NCBI GenBank assembly: GCA_026985075.1
Contig: JALSQX010000020.1
Location: forward strand, 158,966-222,965
DNA length: 64,000 nt
Direction of reading: 5' to 3'
Source of the DNA: Blastocatellia bacterium
Lineage (GTDB): Bacteria > Acidobacteriota > Blastocatellia > HR10 > J050
Positions 37,414-53,075 of the stretch are shown one piece after another. The position numbers and the translations under genes were made by a program. Position 1 is the stretch's first letter, and each line of letters starts with the position of its first letter. The notes under the pieces are model-generated. The model was given only the letters and a program-made list of their open reading frames with translations. It had not been told where the DNA came from and made no database searches.

Positions 37414-39834
37414 CTATTCTTCGTTTTCGTCCGACTCACCTTCCTCCTTCCTCTCCAATTGTTCGGCCAATTCTCTGAGGCGACGATCTACAAGATAATT
37501 CAATGTGTCCGGTTCGAACTGGCCGTCGTCGCCGCGCTGGCCAGCTTTCAGACCGGTGAGGAGTTCGGCCGCTTCATCGACGGTCCGCACCGGATAGATA
37601 TGGAACTGTCGATTTCGAATGGCCTCGATGACTTCTTTTTTCAACATCAAATTGGTCACATTCTGATGAGGGATGATGACGCCATGCTCGCCGTTGAGGC
37701 CGTGCGCCTTGCACACATAGTAGAATCCCTCGATCTTCTGGTTGACGCCTCCCACCGGTTGGACCTCCCCTTTTTGATTGATAGAGCCGGTGACAGCCAG
37801 ATTTTGCTTCACGGGCACGCCGGCCAGGCTGGACATCAAGGCGACGACTTCGGCCACCGAGGCGCTATCTCCTTCGACCATCTCATACGTTTGTTCGAAT
37901 CCCAGGCTGGCCGCCAAGGTGAGCGGTTTATCCTGAGCGAACTTGGCGCCCAGGTATCCACTCAAAATCATCACGGCCTTGTTATGGATGTTCCCGCTCA
38001 ACTTGGCCCGTCGCTCGATATTGATCACCCCGGTTCGACCGGCGAACGTCTGGCAGGTGATGCGCACCGGCTTGCCAAACTCATAGTCTCCCAGGTTGAT
38101 CACCGAGAGGCCATTGACCTGACCGACGACGGCCCCATGGGTATCCACCAGGATGAAGCCCCGGGCGATCATTTCCTGGATGCGCTCTTCGACCCGGTTG
38201 GAGCGGTAGATCTTCTCCTCGATGGCTCGCTCTACGTCCTCGCGACGCACAATCTCGCTTTGACGACGGGAGGCCCAGTAACTGGCCTCGGTCATGATAT
38301 CGGCGATCTCGCCGAATCGGGTGGAGAGCTTCTTTTGATCTTCGGCCAACCGCGAGCCATACTCCACCAGGGCGGCGATGCCGCTCCGATCGAAGGGCTT
38401 GAGGTGATCGCGAGCGCAGCAGGCGTTGACGAACTGGGCGTATTGTCGTTCATTCTCCGGCGTGCGATCCATCTGGGAATCAAAATCCGCTTTGACCTTG
38501 AACAGCTTCTGGAAATCCTCGTCCAACAGGTAGAGGAGATGATAGAGAAGAGGATTGCCAATGAGGATCACTTTCACCTGGACCTTGATCGGCTCGGGTC
38601 GCAGGCCGGTCGCACTGATGATCCCATATTGAACGCCGACGTCCTCGATGCGGACTTCCTGATTTTCGATGGCCCGTTTGAGCGTATCCCACACGTATGG
38701 ATATTTGAACAGGTCGGCAGCCTCGACGATCAGGTATCCCCCGTTAGCGCGGACCAGGGATCCAGCCTTGACCATGGTGAAGTTGGTGACCAAGGCGCCA
38801 AAATGCACTTCACGCTCGATCGCCCCGAACAAGTTCATATAAGTGGGATTCGACTCGATGATCACTGGTGCGCCTTTGGTATTGGAGTGATCGACGAGGA
38901 CGTTCACCCGATATTCGACGAAGCGGGACTTCTCGTCCACCATGCGCAACGCTTTGGGGATGGGAGGGCCCTCCTCCTCCTTTCGGCGAAAGTCGGTGAT
39001 ATTCTCCAAGACGTGCTCCTGGACCTCGTTCAGATAGCGGACGATATTCTCATGGGCGGCATATTTTCGCCGATGGTAGGCAAACAGGCTCTGGACGGCG
39101 ATGGCCGCCGTTTGTTTCTCCAGCTCTTTGATTCTCTGCCGCGTCTCCCGCTCGGCTTCCCTGACCAAGTCCATCATCTCGGAGACCTTTTTGTTGAACT
39201 TCTCGATCCGGTAGCGGATGGCCTCCTTCTCCTCATCGGAGAGGGCTTCGTACTGTTCTTGAGAGAGCGGCTTGCCATCTTCGCTGACCACCTGCGTGAT
39301 GATCCCCGCTGGCGTGACCTGGAGGTGAATGCCTTCTTGCCGAGCCTCCCGCTGAATCTGCGAGAACAGTTCCGCCGTCTTCTGCTGATAGGCGCGCAAG
39401 ATGTCCGCCTGCTGCTGTTCATATCGTTTGCTCTCGAACATGCGGGGGATTTCCTGGCGCAAACTCTCGATCAGTTCCTCCATATCCTTCTGCAGTTGTC
39501 GCCCCAGCCCCGGCTGAAGATAGAGGACGCGCGGTTCATCGGGAGCCTGAAAGTTGTTGACCAGACAGATATCGGGCGGGGTCGGTTTCTGTTCGGCCAG
39601 GCGCGTCAATGTCGATTGGATAAGGGTGGTGCGTCCCGTACCCGGCGGTCCAGCCAGGAACAGATTATATCCGCGCGAAGTGATATCCAGTCCAAACCGA
39701 ATGGCCGTCGCCGCCCGCTTCTGACCGATGATGCCCTCGGGTAGAGACAATTCGGCGGTGGTCTCGAAGTCGAATTGATCGGGATCACAGGCGCGATATA
39801 CCTCTTCGGGCGAAAGTTCTCGATGCTCTGGCAT
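37414..39834 (-). CDS. Lon-like AAA+ protease homologue (LonC/YcbZ-type) with a Walker A Lys-to-Arg substitution and an intact Ser-Lys protease dyad
   Basis: The P-loop is GPPGTGRTT (R replaces the conserved K). A long coiled-coil insertion is present. The C-terminal S16 Lon protease domain is intact (GDSAS ... GGVNQK). The ATG at 39834 follows a GGAGAGGA RBS. The track begins at an upstream GTG. Confidence 0.75.
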   Translation of the reverse strand: MPEHRELSPEEVYRACDPDQFDFETTAELSLPEGIIGQKRAATAIRFGLDITSRGYNLFLAGPPGTGRTTLIQSTLTRLAEQKPTPPDICLVNNFQAPDEPRVLYLQPGLGRQLQKDMEELIESLRQEIPRMFESKRYEQQQADILRAYQQKTAELFSQIQREARQEGIHLQVTPAGIITQVVSEDGKPLSQEQYEALSDEEKEAIRYRIEKFNKKVSEMMDLVREAERETRQRIKELEKQTAAIAVQSLFAYHRRKYAAHENIVRYLNEVQEHVLENITDFRRKEEEGPPIPKALRMVDEKSRFVEYRVNVLVDHSNTKGAPVIIESNPTYMNLFGAIEREVHFGALVTNFTMVKAGSLVRANGGYLIVEAADLFKYPYVWDTLKRAIENQEVRIEDVGVQYGIISATGLRPEPIKVQVKVILIGNPLLYHLLYLLDEDFQKLFKVKADFDSQMDRTPENERQYAQFVNACCARDHLKPFDRSGIAALVEYGSRLAEDQKKLSTRFGEIADIMTEASYWASRRQSEIVRREDVERAIEEKIYRSNRVEERIQEMIARGFILVDTHGAVVGQVNGLSVINLGDYEFGKPVRITCQTFAGRTGVINIERRAKLSGNIHNKAVMILSGYLGAKFAQDKPLTLAASLGFEQTYEMVEGDSASVAEVVALMSSLAGVPVKQNLAVTGSINQKGEVQPVGGVNQKIEGFYYVCKAHGLNGEHGVIIPHQNVTNLMLKKEVIEAIRNRQFHIYPVRTVDEAAELLTGLKAGQRGDDGQFEPDTLNYLVDRRLRELAEQLERKEEGESDENEE

Positions 39835-40096
39835 TGTTTTCCTCTCCATAGAATCGTCCATTCTCTGAGCTGCCGGTATATTGTTCACATTCCCGGCGAC
39901 CGATTCAAGCGCTGGAATCAAAATTGGGTGTGCTTCAAGACAGCCGGTCGAATCTCTTCCAACTCCGCATCCCACGCCACGTCCCGGTCAATAGGGAACC
40001 GTACCGTCTCGTCGGTGTCTAATGTGTAAGGCATGCCATGGCTGACCCGAGCTACGGCCCAGTGCGACCTGTTCAGGGCTCATCGGCGGAGAGGAG

Positions 40097-40864
40097 ATGA
40101 TGATGTTCGAAGAAGTCTTACTCGAATCGACCAGCCCGCGATGGATGACTTCGGTCAGACGGCATTTCCTGATCACCATGATCATCTACTCGCTAGGGCT
40201 GGCCATCGTTGTGGTGGCGAGCATCCTCCTCACCACTCCGCAATTCCAAAGGCAGCCCATCTTGACGGCGCTTCTCTCTCCTCTTCGGCTCCCCTCCTCG
40301 GAAGAGGCTCGCTCCCCTGCCCGGTCAAGCCTGAGGAGCGGGCATCGTGTCGTTCGCCCTATCACTATCCCCAGTGTACCGATGCTCTCCTCTCCGGCGA
40401 CGAGGGAAGTTCCTCAGGTAGAGGATGGAACCCAAGGAGGCGAAGGCGATGCTCTCGGCGCGCTCAGGAGGAGTGGGGATGGTTCTGAAGGAGGATGGCT
40501 TGGCGAAGCCCTCCATTCGATCGGCCCGCTGCCCATGCCCACTCCAGCTCGATCATCCGAAGGCGATCCGAGTTTGGACACGACCCGGCATGTCTCAAGC
40601 GGTGTGTTGCTGGGGAAAGCTATCCGTCGCACCACGCCTGTCTACCCTCCACTCGCGCGACAGATGCGGGTGGCCGGCACTGTCCACGTGGAGGTCGTCA
40701 TCGATGAACGCGGGCGCGTGATCTCGGCTTTCGTCATAAAAGGACCACCTTTGCTGTGGTCGGCGGCCCTGGAGGCGGCGCGCCGGTGGGTGTTCCGCCC
40801 TACGTTGCTCAATGGTCATCCGGTGAAAGTCACCGGAGTATTGATTTTTCGCTTCCATCTGTAG
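40097..40864 (+). CDS. TonB-family energy transducer (N-terminal TM anchor, Pro/Ser-rich linker, TonB_C domain)
   Basis: A TM helix (ITMIIYSLGLAIVVVASILL) is followed by a C-terminal TonB fold (VYPPLARQMRVAGTVHVEVVIDERGRV). Confidence 0.7.
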   Translation: MMMFEEVLLESTSPRWMTSVRRHFLITMIIYSLGLAIVVVASILLTTPQFQRQPILTALLSPLRLPSSEEARSPARSSLRSGHRVVRPITIPSVPMLSSPATREVPQVEDGTQGGEGDALGALRRSGDGSEGGWLGEALHSIGPLPMPTPARSSEGDPSLDTTRHVSSGVLLGKAIRRTTPVYPPLARQMRVAGTVHVEVVIDERGRVISAFVIKGPPLLWSAALEAARRWVFRPTLLNGHPVKVTGVLIFRFHL

Positions 40865-40963
40865 GAGCACCCCCGGTCGATCAGATGGGCGCGGATGAAG
40901 GACCAAGCCCGGGGAGGATCAGCACCGATCGGCGGCCAGAAGATCGGCAGATGACCGTGGAGC

Positions 40964-41284
40964 TCACGGCATAATCATGGACGTCCACCCCGAAGGAAGC
41001 GGACTCCAGCCCCGGGTGAAGAAATCGCTCAACGTCAACGCCAGAAGAATGGCCAGCCAGAAAAATCCCGATCCCACGAACACCCAGACCAGTCGGCTGC
41101 TATACTTCACGTGCATGAAGTAGAGAATGACAATGGTAGCCTTGGTGACCGCAATGGCGAGGGCCACGTAGAGATTCAACAACCCCAGATCGTAAAAGGC
41201 GACGTCGACGGTGACCAGGGTGAGGAGAATCAAGGTCGCGAACACCAGGAGATAGATCTTTTGTGGAACGACGTGATGCGCCAT
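40964..41284 (-). CDS. Cytochrome c oxidase subunit IV (bacterial CoxD/CtaF family)
   Basis: The 106-aa protein has three TM helices. It sits directly downstream of subunit III. Confidence 0.7.
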   Translation of the reverse strand: MAHHVVPQKIYLLVFATLILLTLVTVDVAFYDLGLLNLYVALAIAVTKATIVILYFMHVKYSSRLVWVFVGSGFFWLAILLALTLSDFFTRGWSPLPSGWTSMIMP

Positions 41285-41288
41285 GGGA

Positions 41289-41951
41289 TTAACTCCGACT
41301 GATTAAGTAGAGCAACGGGAAGAGGAAGATCCACACGATATCGACAAAGTGCCAGTAGAGGCCGGCGACTTCCACCGGATTATAGTATTCGGATGAAAAC
41401 CGCCCGCGCCAGGCCAGCACCACGAGCACGGCTAATACGCTGACGCCGATGATCATGTGAAGGGCATGCATGCCCGTCATGGCGAAATAGAAAGAGAGGA
41501 ACACATAGAGTTGCTGTGGATCGACGTGAAAGCGAATGAACTCATGAGGCGGAACGAAATTGATCCCGGGAATCAAGTGCTCGTGATATTTATGGGAATA
41601 CTCAAACACCTTGATTCCCAGAAACACCGATCCCAGCAGCATAGTCAACAACAAGAATCCGATGAGCGATCGGCGGCGACCCAACTGGGCGCTGCGGACG
41701 GCCAGAGCCATCGTCAGACTGCTACAGATCAACACGGCCGTATTGATGGCGCCAATGCGGTAATCCAGATGGAGACTGCCTTCGGCGAACGCCAACGGGT
41801 ACTGAGAGCGATACACCGCATAGCCGGTGAATAACCCACCAAAGAACAGAACCTCAGTGATCAAAAACGCCCACATGCCCAGCGTGGACGCTTCGAACTG
41901 CTGTTCCAGATCGTCAAACTGGTGCGCTAAGACCGAGTGCGTTTCAGACAA
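41289..41951 (-). CDS. Cytochrome c oxidase subunit III
   Basis: It is a multi-helix membrane protein of the COX3 family, overlapping coxA by 8 bp. Confidence 0.85.
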   Translation of the reverse strand: MSETHSVLAHQFDDLEQQFEASTLGMWAFLITEVLFFGGLFTGYAVYRSQYPLAFAEGSLHLDYRIGAINTAVLICSSLTMALAVRSAQLGRRRSLIGFLLLTMLLGSVFLGIKVFEYSHKYHEHLIPGINFVPPHEFIRFHVDPQQLYVFLSFYFAMTGMHALHMIIGVSVLAVLVVLAWRGRFSSEYYNPVEVAGLYWHFVDIVWIFLFPLLYLISRS

Positions 41952-43602
41952 CTTCTGCCTCCTCCGGATAAGGTTTCGATGCGTAGGCGTAGGCCTCTTC
42001 GGTCACTACCGGCGTCCTCTCGAAGTTATGAGGCGGTGGCGGCGAGGGCGTCGTCCACTCCAATCCCTTCGCCTGCCAGGGATTGGCGCCGGCCAGAGGT
42101 CCATACTTCAGCGACCAGAGCAAATAGATGAACGGGATGATATAGCCGACGGCCAGAATGGATGCGCCCGCGGTGGACATCACGTTCAGCACCTGAAATT
42201 CCGGTGGGTACACGTGATAGCGTCGCGGCATGCCCAGATAACCGAGAACGAACTGCGGAAAGAACGTGAGGTTGAACCCGACGAAGATCACCAGGGCAGC
42301 GAACTTAGCCCATCCCTCGGGATAGAGCCGCCCGGTCATCTTCGGCCACCAGAAATGCATGGCGGCCATATATCCCATGATGGCCCCACCAACCATGATG
42401 TAGTGGAAGTGCGCCACGACAAAATAGGTATCGTGCAGGTGAACATCGGTGGCCAGCGTGGCCAGGAACAGTCCGGTCAATCCGCCAATGGTGAACAAGC
42501 CGATGAACCCCAGAGCATAGAGCATGGGCGCCTGATAGGATACGGATCCTTTGTACAGCGTGGCCGTCCAATTGAATACCTTCACCGCCGACGGAATGGC
42601 CACCAGCATGGTCAACACGGAAAAGATCATCCCGGCATAGACGGATTGGCCAGAAGTGAACATGTGATGCCCCCAGACCAGAAATCCGAGAACGGCGATG
42701 GCCAGACTGGAGAAAGCGATGAACGGATACCCGAAAACGCGTTTTCTGGAGAAACAGGCGATCACTTCGCTGATCACCCCCATCGAGGGGAGAATCATAA
42801 TGTACACCGCCGGATGCGAATAGAACCAGAACAGATGCTGAAACAGCAGAGGATCGCCGCCCAATTTGGGATCGAAAATGCCCAGTTTCAGGAGCCGTTC
42901 CAAGGCGACCAGCACGATGGAGATGGCCACCACCGGCGTCCCCAAAATCTGAATGAGGCTGGTCGCATAGTGCGCCCAGACGAATAGCGGCAACCGAAAC
43001 CAGGTCAATCCCGGCGCGCGCATCTTATGGATGGTGACGATGAAGTTGAGCCCGGTCAGGATCGATGAAAATCCCAGAATGAAGACGCCGACGGCGGTGA
43101 GCGCCACGTTGCTGTTGGAGTAAGTGCTGCTGTAGGGAGCATAGAACGTCCAGCCGGTATCCACGCCGCCGAGCGCCATGGCGGCGAACGTGAACACTCC
43201 CCCGATGGAGTAAATGTACCAACTCATCAGATTCAGTCGGGGGAAGGCCACATCCCGAGCACCGATCATCATGGGGATGAGGAAGTTCCCGAACACGGCG
43301 GGGATGGAAGGGATGAGGAAGAAGAAGATCATGGCCACGCCGTGCATGGTGAACAGTTTGTTGTACATCTCTGAGCTCACCACATCCCCCTCCGGGGTCA
43401 TCAATTCCAGGCGAATGAGGGCGGCAAAAATCCCCCCCAGAGCGAAGAAGATGGTGATCGAGATGAGATAGAGAATGCCGATCCGCTTATGATCGGTCGT
43501 CAGCAGCCAGGATTTGAGCCCGTAGTCGACGTTCAAATAGTTCACCGGGGTGGGCTCCCCTGGTGTTCCTGAATGTGCGTTGATCGGTGTGGCGTCCATC
43601 AC
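41944..43602 (-). CDS. Cytochrome c oxidase subunit I (haem-copper oxidase catalytic subunit)
   Basis: It has the COX1 12-TM architecture with conserved His ligands (WAHHMF, HFHYIM). Confidence 0.95.
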   Translation of the reverse strand: MMDATPINAHSGTPGEPTPVNYLNVDYGLKSWLLTTDHKRIGILYLISITIFFALGGIFAALIRLELMTPEGDVVSSEMYNKLFTMHGVAMIFFFLIPSIPAVFGNFLIPMMIGARDVAFPRLNLMSWYIYSIGGVFTFAAMALGGVDTGWTFYAPYSSTYSNSNVALTAVGVFILGFSSILTGLNFIVTIHKMRAPGLTWFRLPLFVWAHYATSLIQILGTPVVAISIVLVALERLLKLGIFDPKLGGDPLLFQHLFWFYSHPAVYIMILPSMGVISEVIACFSRKRVFGYPFIAFSSLAIAVLGFLVWGHHMFTSGQSVYAGMIFSVLTMLVAIPSAVKVFNWTATLYKGSVSYQAPMLYALGFIGLFTIGGLTGLFLATLATDVHLHDTYFVVAHFHYIMVGGAIMGYMAAMHFWWPKMTGRLYPEGWAKFAALVIFVGFNLTFFPQFVLGYLGMPRRYHVYPPEFQVLNVMSTAGASILAVGYIIPFIYLLWSLKYGPLAGANPWQAKGLEWTTPSPPPPHNFERTPVVTEEAYAYASKPYPEEAEVV

Positions 43603-44552
43603 TGACTCCTTTCCTCTTTGCTGAGTGATTTGAGGTAGGCGATGATTTGCAGGATCCCCCGCTCGCTGATCTGGCCCTGATAGGTGGACATGATCGTGGG
43701 CGAGGGATAGCCAGCGACGATCTTGGCGTTGGGATTCAAAATGGATTCCCGAATGTAGGCTTCGTCGGCGATGACCGTCTCACCACTGAGCAATCTCACC
43801 GGTTTTCCGAACACGCCCACCAATGATGGCCCCCGGCCCGTTCCATCGGCGCGATGACAGGTGTTACACCCGAGCTGATTGAACAATCGCTCGCCCGCCG
43901 CCTCCATCGATTCGCCAACCACGCCACCACTCAGCCACGCCTGATACTCGGCCGGCTCCATCACCGTCACCCATCCCTTCATCTTCGAATGACCGGTCCC
44001 GCAGTATTCGGCGCAGAACAGGTGATAGCGCCCCGTCTTGGTCGCCTGGAACCAGATCGTCGCGTATCGTCCGGGCACCACATCTTTCTTGAGGCGGAAG
44101 GCCGGGATGTAAAAGCTATGGATCACGTCCTCGGAAGCCATGATGAGTTTGATCGGTCGGCCCACGGGAACGTGTAACTCGTTGATCTCCCGCTTCCCAT
44201 TGGTGTGTTGGATGTGCCACATCCACTGCTTCCCCACCACGTATACCTCTTCCGCGTCGGCGGGCACTTCGTTATACTCATCGAAGTAGAGCTTGGCGCC
44301 CCAGGCGAACATGATCATCACCAGCCCCAGGGGAATCACCGACCAGGCGATCTCCAGCGGAGTCGAGCCGTGAATCGACGGCGGGACGTCCGTCTCCGAC
44401 CGACGCCGATATTTGAGGGCGAACACGGTGAGGGAAATGAAGATCAAAGCGGCGAAGAAGACGGCCACGGCGACCAGGAAGAAATAGAGCGCATCGACCT
44501 TCCCGGCCATGGTCGAGGCCGCCTCAGGGAATAGAGGGACTCCTTGCTCCAT
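43599..44552 (-). CDS. Cytochrome c oxidase subunit II with C-terminal cytochrome c domain (caa3-type)
   Basis: The CuA site ([13 protein letters not shown]) and a CNTCH haem-c motif are present. Confidence 0.9.
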   Translation of the reverse strand: MEQGVPLFPEAASTMAGKVDALYFFLVAVAVFFAALIFISLTVFALKYRRRSETDVPPSIHGSTPLEIAWSVIPLGLVMIMFAWGAKLYFDEYNEVPADAEEVYVVGKQWMWHIQHTNGKREINELHVPVGRPIKLIMASEDVIHSFYIPAFRLKKDVVPGRYATIWFQATKTGRYHLFCAEYCGTGHSKMKGWVTVMEPAEYQAWLSGGVVGESMEAAGERLFNQLGCNTCHRADGTGRGPSLVGVFGKPVRLLSGETVIADEAYIRESILNPNAKIVAGYPSPTIMSTYQGQISERGILQIIAYLKSLSKEERSQ

Positions 44553-44634
44553 AAGACCTCAACCTCCACAGACGAAGGGCGGAGCGGCCAGCCAGAGAGG
44601 CTCCCGATCCACTCCGCGATGTAGCTCCGTCCAT

Positions 44635-45555
44635 TCAACCATCTCGATGCTGTGCCGCTCGCTCTTCGATCGGAGCGTTTTTGAATCGCCGATCCCGACG
44701 AAACATGATGACCATGAACGTCCCGAGCAAAACCACCGTGATCAATCCGGCCACCCGTAATACATTCATAATGATGACGCCATACTTTCCCGTGGCCGGG
44801 TCATATTGGCAGCAGTACAGAATCAACTGATCGACCGGCGATCCGATCTGGCCTGCCGAAGCTTCCACTAATCCCAGACGGAGATCTCGGGACGGGTAGT
44901 CGATACCATAAAAGTAACGCGCGATCTTCCCCTCGGCGGTGAGCACCACGATCCCCGCAGCGTGAATGTAGAGATCCTTCTCCGGGTCATAGCGATAATG
45001 AAATCCCACTGCCTGGGTGAGCTGGTCAATGGCCATCTGATCGCCGGTGAGAAAATGCCACCCGGCGGCCGCGCCTGGCCGACCGTAATCCTCGATGTAC
45101 CGTTGTTTCTTCTTGGCCGCCAGAGCGGGCGTCTCGCGAGGATCGAAGCTCACCGTGAGCACAGTGAAATCCTTCCCCACATCCAGAGAGAGCGGCTTCA
45201 AAGCGCGCGCTAATCCGCTGAGCACCATGTTACAGAGCATGGGGCAGCGGTAGTACACCAGAGCCAGGACGACCGGTTTATCGCCGAAGTACTGACGAAG
45301 CGGCACCACCCGTCCCGCTTCATCCCGGAACACGAGATCCAGCGGGATCTGCTCATCCAGCTTCTGGTCGATGCCCACGCCGCGAAACATTCCCGGCATG
45401 TCGTTGGCCGTGAGCCCTTGCGCCCGCACCACTGAGGTGAATCCGAACGGGCCGGAGAGCATCAACCAGAGGGCCGTTACCACCATGCTCAACCCGCCGA
45501 GCCGTCGGTGGCTCTTCACCGGCTGCGTTCGATGAATTCTGAGATCGATATTCAT
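44635..45555 (-). CDS. SCO1/SenC copper chaperone
   Basis: A thioredoxin fold carries CPMLC (CxxxC). Confidence 0.85.
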   Translation of the reverse strand: MNIDLRIHRTQPVKSHRRLGGLSMVVTALWLMLSGPFGFTSVVRAQGLTANDMPGMFRGVGIDQKLDEQIPLDLVFRDEAGRVVPLRQYFGDKPVVLALVYYRCPMLCNMVLSGLARALKPLSLDVGKDFTVLTVSFDPRETPALAAKKKQRYIEDYGRPGAAAGWHFLTGDQMAIDQLTQAVGFHYRYDPEKDLYIHAAGIVVLTAEGKIARYFYGIDYPSRDLRLGLVEASAGQIGSPVDQLILYCCQYDPATGKYGVIIMNVLRVAGLITVVLLGTFMVIMFRRDRRFKNAPIEERAAQHRDG

Positions 45556-45627
45556 AAATCTCCAAGTTTATCTGAACCGAGCCGCGCGAGCAACGTTTGG
45601 GCCGACCGGGCGAGACGTCGGCTCGGT

Positions 45628-46086
45628 TCACCGATCATGATCCGCCCCCCGAGTTCCTGACGAGGAACTCGAATCTGCCGGCGGCTGCGACCTGGCCGGG
45701 AGCCCTCGTTGCAAGATGAGGTCCATAGCCCGATCGATCGGGATATGGACCACGCCCGCTTCCTTATTCACCCAGCCGTAACTATGAAGGACGGTCTCCT
45801 CCCGAGCGCGCAATCGCTCCAGATCCGTCTCCGGCGTCACCTGGAGTCGAGGTTCCGGCGGAAGCGGCCGCTCGATGGTCACCGGGGGAGGCGGCGGCTG
45901 GAGTTTGGCCTCTCGAGCCTCCAGGTAGTCGAACAGCGCCCACATGCCCACCAGCGCCAGGAGGATTAAAACGCCCAGCGAGACGAAGAAGATCACCGCC
46001 GAACGAGGTTGGATGTCGCGCACCTCATGAGCTGGAGATACCGGAGGAGCAGCGTGCCCCTCTCCTGAAGGCTTCGTCTCAGGCAT
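45628..46086 (-). CDS. Small single-TM Pro-rich membrane protein between actF and sco (possible ActG-like or oxidase assembly subunit)
   Basis: The 152-aa protein has one TM helix (VIFFVSLGVLILLALVGMWALF) and PPPPP repeats. It overlaps the actF stop by 8 bp. Confidence 0.45.
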   Translation of the reverse strand: MPETKPSGEGHAAPPVSPAHEVRDIQPRSAVIFFVSLGVLILLALVGMWALFDYLEAREAKLQPPPPPVTIERPLPPEPRLQVTPETDLERLRAREETVLHSYGWVNKEAGVVHIPIDRAMDLILQRGLPARSQPPADSSSSSGTRGADHDR

Positions 46087-47254
46087 GATGCAATGCCTCC
46101 TGTACCCGTGGATCGTGAACCGGAATCATCGACCGCGCCTTCAACTGACCGGCGAATACGGTCATCCAAATCCCTCCCATTCCCACCAGGATGGCCACAT
46201 GCGTCCAGTGAATGGGGATGCCCGTCGGTTGGAACGCGGGCACGACCAGCCAGAACAAGTCGATCAATCGCATGATGATCATCAATCCAGCCACGGCGAC
46301 CAACATCCGCACCTCGCGCTTCGTCCTTCGAAAGAGGAGCAAAAAGAATGGCACGGCAAAATGAAACAGCATCAGCGAGATGGCCACCGCCTGCCAACTC
46401 CCCTTGATGCGATGCAAGTACCAGGGAATCTCTTCGGGCAGATTCCCCGACCAGATGAGCAGAAATTGGGCAAAGGACATGTAAGCCCAGAGGACGATGA
46501 ACGCCAGCATGAGGTTGCCCAGATCGTGAAAGTGCGAACGGGACACGACCTCGGCCAGCGGTTGATGCCGGGCCAGTACGGCCAAGATGATGATGAGAAA
46601 AGCAAATGTCGTCAGCGCCTGCCCGACGACGATGAGGAATCCGTAGATGGTCGAGAACCAATGCGGCTCGAGCGACATGATCCAATCGATGGCCGCAAAG
46701 CTCATGGTCAAGACATAGAGCACGAGGCCCGGACCGCTCACTGCCTGCAATCGACGCGTCAACCAGGGATCGCCGGTGCGGTCTTGTTCCCAGGACCACT
46801 TGGTGAGCACATGGGCCAGCGCGAACCAGATGACGAAGTAGAGCACGGCGCGCGCCCAGAAGAAGGTGACATTGAGATATGGACTCTTATGGCGCAAGAG
46901 CTCGTCCTGGCCGACGACGTCCTTATGCGTCCACTCATAGAGATCGTGCAGTCCGAACGCCAGGAGGGGAAGAAAGAAGATGGCCATCACCGGAAGCGTT
47001 CGGGCTCCCGATTCGAGCAGGCGCTGGATGACGAATCCCCACCGTCCACTGACCAGATGATGCAGCATGAGAATGGCCAGGCACCCCAGCGTGATACTCA
47101 ACCAGAAGAGCGCGGCCAACAGATAGGACTGGAAGAACTGAGATCGATCGAGGAAAAACCCAGCTCCTCCCAACACCAGTCCGACGACGCCCACCAGGAG
47201 TGACCGTCGCTCGATCCGATTCAAGGTGAGGTGGAGTGATGTCAGTTGATTCAT
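46079..47254 (-). CDS. actF: Alternative complex III subunit ActF (NrfD-like membrane subunit)
   Basis: The polytopic membrane protein is about 391 aa. It occupies the ActF position after actE. Confidence 0.7.
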   Translation of the reverse strand: MNQLTSLHLTLNRIERRSLLVGVVGLVLGGAGFFLDRSQFFQSYLLAALFWLSITLGCLAILMLHHLVSGRWGFVIQRLLESGARTLPVMAIFFLPLLAFGLHDLYEWTHKDVVGQDELLRHKSPYLNVTFFWARAVLYFVIWFALAHVLTKWSWEQDRTGDPWLTRRLQAVSGPGLVLYVLTMSFAAIDWIMSLEPHWFSTIYGFLIVVGQALTTFAFLIIILAVLARHQPLAEVVSRSHFHDLGNLMLAFIVLWAYMSFAQFLLIWSGNLPEEIPWYLHRIKGSWQAVAISLMLFHFAVPFFLLLFRRTKREVRMLVAVAGLMIIMRLIDLFWLVVPAFQPTGIPIHWTHVAILVGMGGIWMTVFAGQLKARSMIPVHDPRVQEALHHA

Positions 47255-47268
47255 CGGTGCTCTGTCCG

Positions 47269-47916
47269 TTATTCGTGATTCGTCGTTGGCGATTGATCGC
47301 CGGTGGTCGATCGCGCCCCACTTGATCCTTGCTCTTGGATTCCCGCATCATGCCTCTTGACGGCCGGTGGCGCCAGCAATTTCGCTCGCTCCTCTGGCGG
47401 CACATCGTCGAGCGTAGCATTCTGGCTCAACTGCAACGCCCGAATGTAAGCCACAATCGCCCATCGATCTCGAGGTGGAATGCGCGACGCATAACTGTAC
47501 ATGCGACCGAACCCATTCGTGATCACATCGTAGAAATGCCCCACCGGGGCCTTCTGGAGCCGTTCGATGTGAAAGGAGGGAGGATGCGGGAATCCGCGCT
47601 CGACGATCATCCCTCGACCGCTTCCCGTCCGATCATGACAGACGGCGCAGAAGATATTATAGCGCTCCCGCCCTCGCTCCAGCACCTGGCGAGTGATGGG
47701 AAAAGGAAACGTATCGACCAACTGACCATTCACTTTGCCCGTGTAGAAGTGCTCGTCCAGTCGGAGATGGCCGCGCGCGACCGTCCCTTTGACCAGCGGC
47801 CGGGCCGATCGCCCGTCGGGGAAGAATCGGCTGGCCGCCAGCGGCTTATATCTCGGTTGATCGTGCATATCGAGGCGACAGCCCGACACCAGCACCAGAC
47901 AGAGGCCGACACCCAT
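47269..47916 (-). CDS. actE: Alternative complex III monohaem cytochrome c subunit ActE (predicted lipoprotein)
   Basis: A single CAVCH is present. The ATG at 47916 gives MGVGLCLVLVSGC with a lipobox (LVSGC). The track ORF is N-extended to 48087. Confidence 0.7.
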   Translation of the reverse strand: MGVGLCLVLVSGCRLDMHDQPRYKPLAASRFFPDGRSARPLVKGTVARGHLRLDEHFYTGKVNGQLVDTFPFPITRQVLERGRERYNIFCAVCHDRTGSGRGMIVERGFPHPPSFHIERLQKAPVGHFYDVITNGFGRMYSYASRIPPRDRWAIVAYIRALQLSQNATLDDVPPEERAKLLAPPAVKRHDAGIQEQGSSGARSTTGDQSPTTNHE

Positions 47917-48076
47917 CCCGATCACCACGTTCGTCCACCGTCTCCTCGGCGCCTCGCCTATCGCCTGCGGTCTTTCATCCTTGATGGGACGTTCGCGGCG
48001 CAGGGTCCACGGCCGGCGACCGGCCATCGACCAAAGAGCGCGGACATCGTTCCTGCGACCACCGACGATGTGTCGT

Positions 48077-48613
48077 TCATTCCTCAACTTCGTGCACCTC
48101 CTGAGGTCCTAAACTCCGCAAGAACTGCTCGGTGGCTGCCCGATCGAATTTGGGATCGCGAGCTTCAATGCACAGGAAGAAGCGATCGCGGCTGGCCAGC
48201 TCGAATCGAGAGACATTGAACACCGGATGATGCGGTCGTGGCAATCCATTCAACGCCAGCATGCCGATGACGGCACCGAACGCGCCGAATAGGATGCCCA
48301 TCTCGAAGGTCACGGGGATGAAGGCGGGCCAACTATGGAACGGGCGCCCGCCGACGTTGAGCGGATAGTCGATGACCGAGATCCAATACTGGAGCAGGTA
48401 ACCGCTCAGGGCGCCGACCAGGCCAGCCACCAGCACGCAGAGGGCGACGCGATTGTGGTAGAACCCGATCGCCTCGGGCAGTCCTTCGATGGGATAGGGC
48501 GTATAGGCCTCCATATGGCGATAGCCTTCCCGGTAGGCCCGACGAGCCGCTTCCAGCAGGCTCTCCGGCGCATCAAATTCGGCCATCAATCCATAGATCC
48601 CCGTCGCGTTCAT
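48077..48613 (-). CDS. actD: Alternative complex III subunit ActD (DUF3341 membrane protein)
   Basis: The 178-aa protein has two TM helices. It is conserved with ActD. Confidence 0.75.
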   Translation of the reverse strand: MNATGIYGLMAEFDAPESLLEAARRAYREGYRHMEAYTPYPIEGLPEAIGFYHNRVALCVLVAGLVGALSGYLLQYWISVIDYPLNVGGRPFHSWPAFIPVTFEMGILFGAFGAVIGMLALNGLPRPHHPVFNVSRFELASRDRFFLCIEARDPKFDRAATEQFLRSLGPQEVHEVEE

Positions 48614-48616
48614 CGT

Positions 48617-53071
<4,455 letters not shown>

Positions 53072-53075
<4 letters not shown>

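Noticed and set aside
41827-42987. 386-aa plus-strand ORF antisense to cytochrome oxidase subunit I
   Set aside because: It is antisense to an unambiguous COX1 gene and is H/Q/R/G-rich junk.
46085-47203. 372-aa plus-strand ORF antisense to actF
   Set aside because: It is antisense to a membrane-protein gene in an operon with coupled overlaps, and its composition is His/Gln-rich.
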